Positions 40,015 to 51,000 of a stretch of 64,000 bases of DNA are shown here, in pieces. The notes beneath the pieces were generated by a model, which saw only the letters and a list, made by a program, of their open reading frames with translations, searched no databases and was not told where the DNA came from. Every line of letters starts with the position of its first letter. Positions within the stretch are counted from its first letter, which is position 1. The stretch is from Fimbriosthenelais zetlandica (Eukaryota), in contig OZ365118.1 of assembly GCA_977030845.1 (NCBI GenBank), positions 22,382,001-22,446,000 on the forward strand. The letters run 5' to 3'. The translations under genes were made by a program, and so were the position numbers.

Positions 40015-40673
40015 GAAGTGACCCTGTATGTTCCCATCTCTCCCACTTTACTGCCAAACATGTAGCAACACAAATAACGCCACTGACACCACAGACATTC
40101 TTCATAATGTTCCTCATGTAATAACCATGGCAGAGTGCCTCCTAATTATTGTAAAGCCTTCATAATGCTACTCAATTCTTATATGATACGTGATGAAACT
40201 AAGAATGGTAGTAGAAACCATGTTAACCATGTTATCATGTTACCATGTTGTCATGTACTTCTAATCATGTTACTCTACAAAGTAATGTAACATAACATTT
40301 ACCAGAAATACACATAATTACGATGACGTAAAGATATATAAAATATGTGGTGATCTTGATCTATACACTCAATAACCCATTGAACTCACCAGAAATGACT
40401 GATATATTCTGGTCATCTTGTAAATTCAAGTTTGATTTTGTATATATGCTATTTTTCATAATGTACATTAATAAAAATAAACGTCTTTCAATCCATGAAT
40501 CTGAATAATACGTTTGTAATGTGACCAACCAAGTTAACGGTATCAATACAACCATATTATGCCCACAATACACGTTGGTTTAGCAAATATCTATTTATAT
40601 CTTTGACATTAATGTATAAATAACAATATTCGTCATTTCTCGCATTGGCAATGATGTTCATGTCGTTATTTCA

Positions 40674-43600
40674 CTATTGTGGCGGGCCTGCTGACGACAT
40701 ATTGCCCTTTTTTCGTTTAAAGTCGGACTTTTTCAGCGAGATAAACAGAATCAAGGCGAGCACGATCGCCAGGAAGGAGAAGACAGTGGTGACACCATAC
40801 GTGTAGTAGCGGAAGCGCGCATTGTCGTAAATCATACACGAGCCTGTCGTTAGACAGTCCTGCTTCCATACCAAACATGAGGCGTCAATGAGCCAGCCAA
40901 ACAAGAGGTGTCCACAAACAAAGGCTGGAAAAACAAGAGATGTTCACTAACAAAGGCTGGAAAAACAAGAGATGTTCACTAACAAAGGCTGGAAAAACAA
41001 GAGATGTTCACTAACAAAGGCTGGAAAAACAAGAGATGTTCACTAGCAAATACCGTGGGTTGGGCTGTGAGCAGATAGCTTGGGTTGTGAGCAGATAGCT
41101 TGGGTTGTGAGCAGATAGCTTGGGCTGTGAGCAGATAGCTTGGGTTGTGAGCAGATAGCTTGGGATGTGAGCAGATAGCTTGGGTTGTGAGCAGATAGCT
41201 TGGGTTGTGAGCAGATAGCTTGGGCTGTGAGCAGATAGCTTGGGTTGTGAGCAGATAGCTCGGGATGTGAACAGATGGCTTGGGCTGTGAGCAGATAGCT
41301 TGGGTTGTGAGCAGATAGCTTGGGATGTGAGCAGATAGCTTGGGATGTGAGCAGATAGCTTGGGTTGTGAGCAGATAGCTTGGGTTATGAGCAGATAGCT
41401 TGGGTTGTGAGCAGATAGCTTGGGTTATGAGCAGATAGCTTGGGTTGTGAGCAGATAGCTTGGGCTGTGAGCAGATAGCTTGGGTTGTGAGCAGATAGCT
41501 TGGGTTGTGAGCACATAGCTTGGGTTGTGAGCAGATAGCTTGGGTTATGAGCAGATAGCTTGGGTTGTGAGCAGATAGCTTGGGTTGTGAGCAGATAGCT
41601 TGGGATGTGAACAGATAGCTTGGGTTGTGAGCAGATAGCTTGGGTTGTGAGCACATAGCTTGGGTTGTGAGCAGATAGCTTGGGTTGTGAGCAGATAGCT
41701 TGGGTTGTGAGCAGATAGTGTGAGCGGCGAGCAGATAGCGTGGATGAATGACTCATAAGACAGGGGGATGGGCCATACTTTATTAGAGGAGGCATTGTAA
41801 GGTTCTTACTTCCGAAGTTAATGAAGAATGTCCTTATAGACATGGCCAGCGTTTTGTCTTCCTGATCCACCAACCTGCGAGGACGAGAAGAGAATATAAA
41901 TAAATAAAACAATCTACAAGAAAACTTAGATAACAAAAACAATCTACAAGAGAACATAGATAACTAAAACCAGCTGGCATGGCGTTAAATCACCATTCAT
42001 TCATTCATTCATTCATTCATTCATTCATTCATTCATTCATTAGATAACTAAAACAATCTACAAGAGAACATAGATTGCTAAAACAATCTACAAGAAAACA
42101 TAGATAACAAAGAAAACAATCTACAATCTAAATGTATCATCATGAGGTGGGAGATATAACGTGATGCATGTTGAAACTGATTCAATGATACAAACACAGG
42201 ATGAAGATAATGAGGCAGGACCTGAATGTGAGGAGGAGAGCAGGCACGACTCCTGTAGCCGTGAGGAAGGTTGAGATGAAGATGAGTAGAATAAAGGGGA
42301 TGAGTGAGAGACAGGTCGAGGCACAGGCGGCCTGACTCACCCCACCCCCAACCACACAGCTACAGTTAGTAAAGGTCTGAAAATAACAAACATACCAATC
42401 ACACAGTGAAGGTCTGAAAATAACAAACATACCAATCACATATTTACTAATCCAAACCAGGCTTTGTAATTTTGGAGACACCAAACCCAACCATAATATT
42501 TTGGGGACCCCAACCCAGCTTTTGGGATCCCCACCTGTTTCAATTCAGATTATTAAATGATGTAAATATGAAGCAGCATGAGCTGAGATCCCTTGCCTGT
42601 CGTATAATAGTCTAATCCTCACCTGGTTATGTTTGGAGGTACAGCCAGCATGGCAGGGGGTGGTGTAGAGGAGACCCGAGCCATCACACACAGGATGAAA
42701 GACATCCTGACGACAGTCACAATATGACCAACAGCTGGTGTTAGACCTACATGGAAACGTATATAACATTTATATAAAAAAAAATATACAAAACCTAGCT
42801 CTACAATTACTACAACTATACATGCTCCTATATGTGCCCATACATGAAGACCAGTACCACTAATATATGTTAGTTAAAACTAACAGAATAACAGTTTCTC
42901 ACCCTGAAATGGCTATTGTTTCTAGTCCAGGGAAAAGTTTACTTTCTTCACAAGGAATGAATGTAGCAATGAAGATGGTGAAGAAAGCGCATGAGAGAGA
43001 GACGAGGAACATTCTCATCATGGCTTCAGTTGTACTGCCGAGTCTCCGCAGGATACAACTGCCAGCTACCACGCCCACGATGCCAGCTACTGCTCCAATA
43101 CAGGCTACAATAGAGTACTGTATCAATGAGCAGGATACAACTGCCCGCTACCACACCCACGATGCCAGCTACTGCTCCAATACAGGCTACAATACAGTAA
43201 TATCAATACAGTACTGTATCAATGAGCAGGATACATCTACCCGCTACTGCACCAATAGACATAGAAAATAATATTATGTGAATGAGCAGATGACTGAGTT
43301 AGTAGAGTTAGTCTGACCTGTGATTAGGTTAGCGATGTTGGCTGACTGGTGGTAGTGAATCTCCAGGAATCTCGGTAGCTGTATCATGACGCCCACGGCA
43401 CCGTAAAGTGACGTGGCTTTAGTCAAGATTAACAAGACGTAGTCCTTGTTCATCATGAGGCGACAGACGGCCTTACAGAACTCTGACACAGAACACAACA
43501 CTTAATGAGACTAAATGAAGAGATTAAACAGATTAAAATGATGGTATGGGTAATGAATGGTTGTAGACGAGGGTGGGTGCCTGTAAGTGGACGGTGTGAT

Positions 43601-44945
43601 ATAACAGTGTGGTAGATTACCTTTGATGTGAGCTAGGACAGCCCAGCGTCCTGGCTGGTCAGACTTGGTGGCTCGCTGTTTCTTCGTCTTGACGTGGTTG
43701 TAGTAATGTTTGGAGTGTTTAGGTTGAGAGAACATGGGTAGAGCTGTGAGTAGAAGAGCTACTCCGAGCAGGACATAACCCAACCACCAGGCTCCAATAA
43801 ACCGAGTATCACTCCGCGACACCCCGCCTACAAATAAACGACATTATATAATGACTAATGGGGTTTTTAAATATTTTTTTGAACTTCTGTTATTTTCAAT
43901 ATCCATGTAAAATATACTATATTATACCCGTCCTGAATATTGTTTAAAAAAATGACTTATATATTAGTAGTGTGGGGATTCTTCTACTTTGTAATAATTT
44001 GAGGGTGAATGATAGAGCGGACTGACCATGGAGAGCTTCTGGCAGGCTGAGTGTTAATGAGGCGAGCAGTACTCCTACTGATTTAGATCCAAGAATCATA
44101 GAAGATACAAAACCTAGAAATACAGACAGTTATAACATTATAATTTATATTCCTTATACACTGAATTAATGGAAGCTATATTCAGATTACACGATAAAAT
44201 AAAGAGAAGATAAAAGTCATGAGAGATGGAATATGAATAACTTACCCACATACAGTGTAGTATCATCGTTGTTGACGTTTTCCTCTATGTAAGGGATACC
44301 CAGGTACCATATCGGGGTACTGGAGAGCCCGCCTACAATATTACCAGCGACTATAATCATGTATGAGACGCGGTTACTGTAGGAGCTTATCGCCTCACCT
44401 GGCTTTGTGTGGCAGGTATCACCCGCTCCCTCCTGTCCACCCTCACACAGCTCCCTACCTGTCCTCACGCTCACATTCATCAGACTAAATCTATCCTCGG
44501 ATGAGGAAGCCTCAACCGACATCGGTCCAAAGATGAAGAAGGGCAGGGAGTTAATGAGGAGGCCGAGGGTGGTGAGCAGCAAGGTGAAGGCTAGAATTCG
44601 CATCTTGTTATTTTTCGTGCCGAGATAAGCGAGGAATCCACTAGTGACACATTGCATCACATCCTCAATGACCATCAATATCGACGATGATACACTTCTG
44701 AGTTCAAAGCGTCGCTCCACGGTGCGAACTATACCGCTATTATAACGCGTGATGGACATGGTGAGGAGCAGGGACAGGCCTATCAGACACGTGGCCACCC
44801 TCATCCTCCCCGCATCGTCACGTGCTTTTATATCGCATCTCGGGGATTGACCAGCGGTGGACATCAAGACTGGGGCGAGCGGAGACTCAGCATCTTCTAC
44901 GGTAGCTGAATGAGGCGCGACATCCAAGTCTACCTCCTCAATCAT
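40674..44945 (-). CDS. SLCO: Organic anion transporting polypeptide (OATP/SLCO family)
   Basis: Exons 44945-44246, 44113-44027, 43827-43621, 43482-43318, 43104-42903, 42746-42623, 42376-42222, 41874-41810, 40924-40674 with consistent phases. Motifs ERRFEL, FIGAWWLGY, Kazal-like CDCRQDVFHPVCDGSGLLYTTPCHAGC, FGWLIDASCLVW...C...GSCMIYDN. Subfamily not assignable. Confidence 0.92.
40919..41045 (-). repeat. 32-bp repeat x4 containing the SLCO last-exon acceptor
   Basis: ttgtttttccag|cctttg with the acceptor G at 40925, 40957, 40989, 41021. Confidence 0.9.
41056..41720. repeat. 20-bp intronic minisatellite (tgggttgtgagcagatagct) ~33 copies
   Basis: Directly visible; explains ORFs 40979-41656 and part of 41385-41957. 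Confidence 0.95.
41995..42041. repeat. (CATT)n microsatellite
   Basis: Directly visible. Confidence 0.95.
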
Positions 44946-44972
44946 AGCTCACACCAGTACTTAAATTCCTAA

Positions 44973-45095
44973 TGCTCAACTCAGACCAGTACTTCAAAGC
45001 GCTCAACTTAGACCAGTACTTCAAAGCGCTCAACTTAGACCAGTACTTCAAAGCGCTCAACTTAGACCAGTACTTCAAAGCGCTCAACTTAGACA
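44973..45095. repeat. 27-bp minisatellite (gctcaacttagaccagtacttcaaagc) ~4.5 copies
   Basis: Just upstream of the SLCO ATG; explains the ALNLDQYFK ORF. Confidence 0.9.
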
Positions 45096-45648
45096 GTACT
45101 TCCTTATACACTCAACTTGCTAACTCTGATCTACAGTCCAAACTAAATCCTAAACCACATGTCCTCCTGGTGCTGCCAATCCAACAATTACTGACAATGG
45201 ATTATATGATGTATGCTTATATCACAAGGAGTTTGGAGGGATTTGTTGGCGGGGGCGCGGGGCAGTCAAGTTTATAGGTAGGCTACTATAAAAGATGAGC
45301 CAGCATCTGTAACATTACCAACTAATTTATATCACCATCAGTAATGGTAATATAAAAGTTACCTGACATTACGTATTTGTTAGGCTATTCATATAAGATC
45401 ATATCAATTAAAGTCAGTAATAATTCATCCACGCATCAATAGATTAGTTAGCATTATGACCCTGTATGTATGTATATGTCAGTTGGTTTGTCCTTCACAG
45501 ACAGAATGATAATCTATTGCTGATAATCTGATGGCCTCAACATCAACTGCGGGCATGACTTTCATAGAAAATTCCCCCGAGAAAAGTGGATAAGAAACGC
45601 TTCACAGCTGTTACAAAACCTTAACAAAATCTCCAATAAATCATATAA

Positions 45649-45890
45649 TGGTGATACAATAATGGGGCATTGTCATGTCATGGTGATACAATAATAGGAC
45701 ATTGTCATGTCATGGTGATACAATAATGGGGCATTGTCATGTCATGGTGATACAATAATAGGACATTGTCATGTCATGGTGATACAATAATAGGACATTT
45801 TCATGTCATGGTGATACAATAATGGGACATTGTCATGTCATGGTGATACAATAATGGGACATTTTCATGTCATGGTGATACAATAATGGG
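45649..45890. repeat. 32-bp minisatellite (tggtgatacaataataggacattgtcatgtca) ~7-8 copies
   Basis: Units at 45649, 45681, 45713 and onward. Confidence 0.9.
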
Positions 45891-46265
45891 ACTTTATCCC
45901 ACTTTCTCATCATTGAACGTTGCCTAATGGGACACATTGTACCTTCTAATAATTATACAGGATAAAAGACGTAATAAATCAACCTACTCTTCAACGGCAA
46001 ACATTGGCAGTTCGTAATCCATATGACAGGCTCCCTTATAGCAGGTAAATATGACAGAAATAACGCACTTCCTGAGCGCTGAAGGTCTATAAGTACACAC
46101 AGTAGTCCCACAAGGGCGAGGGTGGTCCCTATTGCATCCTGAGCAATGTGGCATTTTTTGGTTTATGGTAATTCCAAAAGAAAAATTCAGTGACACAGGT
46201 CCGTGTGTGGTGGGTACGGCCAGGTGAGCAATGGCTGCCGCTACCTGTCAGGTAACTTACAAGGA

Positions 46266-46284
46266 TGGCCACCAGGTGGCGTAT
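46266..46284 (+). promoter_or_regulatory. CTCF-like motif
   Basis: TGGCCACCAGGTGGCGTAT versus the consensus TGGCCACCAGGGGGCGCTA. Confidence 0.55.
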
Positions 46285-46769
46285 TGAATAGCCTAGAATA
46301 AGCCTAGAATAAGGTCGAAAGCTTCCTGGGTTGGGAATTTCTACTAATTTATATGTCTACTAATTTTTATGTCTACTAATTGGTATTGTAAATTATATTC
46401 TCCAATAAATACTAATTTTTACCATACCTGGCATGTAGAATACCATTAATTCCATGAGCCAACTAAATTAGCATTAACATAACCTTAATCAGTTGAACAT
46501 ATTACCGGCACATAAAACAGTTAGAAAATATATGTGTAAGATAGAAAGTAGTGACAATAAAATGTTCTGAAAAAAATACACATGTACATGGCTACCTTGT
46601 ATGTGGATCATGATTAATACCATGATCAGAAAACTAGGATTAATACCACCCTAATCAGGTCATTATATCACACATGGAATGAGGTGTCTATATCCCCACA
46701 ATATCATGAATATAGACAGGACCTCAGAAGAAGAACATACCTGTACTTAAATTAAAAAAGGAATATTTA

Positions 46770-47023
46770 GGGGGCGACCAAGATACAGGGGTGGGGTCTG
46801 GTTTTTTTTTCTGGCAATTTATGGAAAACTTTTTATTATTTTGTGGCAAGACAGGTTCGAAATATTAATTTAGGCCTACTACCAGGCATTTAATTTATTT
46901 CACCCACCTATGAGGATAATATATTTATTTCCAACGTCTCTTGTGTCAATTTATTTTGATTTCATATCATTTAAAAAAAAATATTTCCACCAAAAAATCC
47001 CTTGTCTTCTTTTGGTCGACCCC
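46770..47023. mobile_element. 254-bp MITE, Tourist/PIF-Harbinger-like
   Basis: TIRs GGGGGCGACCAA / TTGGTCGACCCC; TTA target-site duplication at 46767-69 and 47024-26; AT-rich non-coding interior. Confidence 0.75.
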
Positions 47024-47326
47024 TTAGTGTAAGTTTGCACTCTACCTTGAATCCAGCGCAGGTAGAAGCGGGATATCGGCGACCATCAGTGCTTCCCGTT
47101 TTGTCCGCAGGGGGGCGGCGAGGCGTGGGTGAGAGGCGAGGTGCTGGCATCATCATCTCTCTCACTAAAAGCGTCTTCATTAATCAGCAGGCCTCCTAAA
47201 CGGCAAGACATGAGGTGAATATATCATACATTGTAAATATGACGAGGTCATAACATGACATTCACGAATAGTTAGCAGAAAATAAAGCTTTTTTCAAGAT
47301 TCAGATCTTTGTATACATGGCTCCGA

Positions 47327-47342
47327 GCTGCCACCTCGAGGC
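47327..47342 (-). promoter_or_regulatory. CTCF-like motif (reverse)
   Basis: Minus strand reads GCCTCGAGGTGGCAGC. Confidence 0.45.
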
Positions 47343-47539
47343 AATATGGCGAACCAAGGAGATTGTTAACACGTGTGTTCGCGGCACGACTCTCCGCTTT
47401 CTGCGCTTATACACGAGTAACGCGCGATAATTCCGACATGAGAGGAAAGATATAAGGTTCATACATACAAACAAGTCAAATGTTCACACCATATATCAAT
47501 AAATTATCACAAAACAAAGGAAAACCGAGGAGCCGGTAG

Positions 47540-47800
47540 CTTACCTGCTGGATCCGGGCTGGATCACCGGCGGCTTGCTTCCCAACCAATCAGAGCCACC
47601 GTAACATGAGGAGCAGCAGTCGCAGATTATAAGACGAGGCCTCTCATTGGTCCATGTTGATAGGGCCCTTCACACCAACTACAAACCACTGGTGCTGACT
47701 CTGACATGAAAATCTAATTATTCTGGCTTTAAAGACACTCTAATTAATCTCATAAATCATATCTAGCATGGTGTGAGTGTATAATGGCGCCGCGTTGTTT
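47540..47800. promoter_or_regulatory. Candidate bidirectional promoter between SLCO and the BTB-ZF gene
   Basis: Opposed CCAAT boxes (aaccaatcag ~47584, cattggtc ~47645), YY1-like taatggcg (~47782), CpG-rich; minus-strand donor CAG|GTAAGC at 47544. Confidence 0.45.
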
Positions 47801-48014
47801 TATTTTGTTGTTTGTTGACACGCCCGTGCTTTATTGTTCATGTTGTACGCGACCTGCGCAGACTGGGTGCGCAGTAGAAGGCGTTAGTAGCTGGCTTGTT
47901 TGTGGATTTTCCGCTCTTGAGGGTCAACAAACGCCTCCTAAATCTAATCTCACGATGCCAACACACCTTCAGGGATCATAAATCTCACATCTGTAAGTTG
48001 GATTATCGTGTAAA

Positions 48015-51000
48015 ATGGAAGGGACGCCTGTAGATCTACGATCGGGTGAGTGTGAGGGAGCGGGAGATGGAGAGGGACGGGCGGCGGGGGAGCAGCCTGC
48101 CCAGCAAGACACGATCATGGACGAAACTAAACCAGAAATAAACACGGAATCTACTTCACAGGACCCAACAGAGGTGACGGATAATACTACCCATAATACA
48201 GGAGAAAATAGTGAAGATAATGAGAGGGTTTTGGAGGGTGGAGCAGGTGATGTGGGGGGAAATCTGGAGGGTGGGGTTTTGGTTGAGAGTGACCCCCCAT
48301 CATGTCAGGACTTGACAGACAGTGTAGGTGTTAGTGAAGGGGAGGGTGTGAGTATACTGGCTTCACTACAACACTCCCTCCCCCCACCTACAACTACTAC
48401 ACAGGTAGAAGAAATACAGGAGGAAATACAAGATCAGCCTGGAGAGACACCCCCACAGCCTGGAGAGACACCCATGGAACCTGTAGTCCAGCCTGGCCCT
48501 GGAGAGACACCCTCAGAGCCTGGAGAGACACCCATAGAGCCTGGAGATTCACCCACAGGGCCAGGATTGACACCCCCACAGCCTGGAGATTCACCCACAG
48601 GGCCTGAATTGACACCCCCACAGCCTGGAGAGACACCCATAGAGCCTGGAGAGACACCCACACAGCCTGGAGAGACACCCATAGAGCCTGGAGAGACACC
48701 CATAGAGCCTGGAGAGACACCCATAGAGCCTGGAGACACACCCACAGAGCCTGGAGAGACTCTAATCAAAACAGAAGAAGGCGCAGAGAGTGAGCCAGAA
48801 TCTGCTGCCGTCAGTGCTTCCACCCTGAACAGTACACACTGCTCGAAAATCATGTTTAACCTAATTAACCAGAGACAGATTGGGAAGTTTTGTGATGTTT
48901 TAATTAGAACTTCAAATAAGCAGATCTGGGCTCATAAATGCGTCCTTTCTGCGGTCAGTCCCTATTTTGATTCTTTTCTACTGAAAAGCTCCACTCCCCC
49001 TGATCTGGAGGGAGGGGTGGGTGAAATCCAAGAAATAGAGTTTAGTGAATTTTCCACGGAAGTTGTAGAGATGATGATAAACTATATGTATACTGGGAAC
49101 TTGTGCCTGAAATTTGAAGAAGCAGATCAGTTCATACTCCTGGCTGACAAATTTATAATGACAGACACCAAAGTGGAATGTTCTCACATTCTGTCTAAAA
49201 TGGTTAATTTAAAGAACTGGTCGAGTTGCTATCAAATAGCAAAAAAATACACTTTATGTGAGTTGGCTACAGCTGTATCTCACTTCATTACGGCACATAT
49301 AGAGGACATTGTTAAAGATCACCAGTTCCTCAAACTCGACTTACAACATGTTCGTTCTCTAGTAAAACGCGAGGATTCAAAACGACGCAAATCTAAAGAG
49401 AAGCGGGAGCTGAGCATGTTTAAATATATCTCCTACTGGTTGTCTCATGACTTCACTGAGAGGAAACACCACCTGAGTGAGTGCCTTGACATGATCTACA
49501 GCGACCACCTCAACAAAACCAGGACTTACAGATACATCGAGACCGACCTGGCCGACCTCAACAACGACGACGTCCTCAGCGACTCAACACTCGTCAACTG
49601 GTTGTTAGCCTTAAACGACGACGAGAAGAAAGAAGAGGAAGAGATGATAGAAGAAGAGGAGGAGGAAGAGGTGGTGGGTGAGAACGAGAAGGACGACCCT
49701 GACTACGACAATGACCTGATCAGTGACGAGACGGCGCCTGAATCTGACGACGAGCTGTTTATACCCGGTAAAGAGCTGCGACACGTCATGCCCACCCGGC
49801 GATCATCGCGATGTACGACACCGCGACGAAAACGAAAAGCGACGAAACTAGAACAGACCGACGACGAGGACGAGGTGCAGGACGAGGCCCCGCCACCCCT
49901 CGTCACTCCACCCGTGAAGCGAGGACGAGGCAGACCCAGGAAAAACGATCCTAAACCTGCTAAACCTGCCACTAAAACTAAAGGCAGGAGGGGCCGACCC
50001 CCCGGACGGAAAAACAAGGTGAAAGTGGAGCCAGCAGACGTGGAGATCAAAGAGGAGAAGGTGGAGGGAGAGGAGGGAGAAGTGAAGGAAGAGAGAGATG
50101 AAGATGAAAGTCTGACTCCCAGAGCCAGCAGAGTCCCCACAGGTGATACAATAACCCTAAATATACATCTAAAATATAGTTACATTAAAATATACTCCCG
50201 TTAAAATATACTCTCATAAAAATATAATCACATTAAAATATAATCACATTTTATACATTTAGAATTTATTCAGTAGATCATATCATTTATACATGTCTTA
50301 TAAGTTCATATATAATATTTCAGGTGACTATTTTCACATCATCTTATGATTTATTTTCAGTTAAATCTAAGAGCAAGTGCCCGGAGTGTTCTGAGACGTT
50401 TACCAGTCAGAGCGCGTTCAGACAACACATGAGGGAGCACGGAGAGAACAAACCATTCAAGTGTAACCTGTGTATATTCCAGACCATTCACTACGGTATC
50501 TTCATGTCACACAAACGTCGTCAACACAGAGGTGGGTACCTCCCACAGTAAACGGAATTAAATCACTTTATAAATACTTACAATACAGATATACATGTAT
50601 GTATGTATACAATAATTATATCCATGAAATTCCAGTTATTTTTTGCGTCAGTAATTTGATCTGATGTAATTTGATTTTCAGTTGATATGCAGTGTTCTAT
50701 CATTGATTTTCAGTTGATATCCAGTGTTCTATCATTGATTTTCAGTTGATATCCAGTGTGCTATCATTGATTTTCAGTTGATATCAAGTGTGCTATCATT
50801 GATTTTCAGTTGATATCCAGTGTTCTATCATTGATTTTCAGTTGATATCCAGTGTTCTATCATTGATTTTCAGTTGATATCCAGTGTTCTATCATTGATT
50901 TTCAGTTGATATCCAGTGCTCTATCATTGATTTTCAGTTGATATCCAGTGTTCTATCATTGATTTTCAGTTGATATCCAGTGTTCTATCATTGATTTTCA

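Noticed and set aside
47784-47998. ORF 47784-47981 and donor-like CT|GTAAGT at 47993
   Set aside because: No homology signal and no matching acceptor identified; could be 5' UTR.
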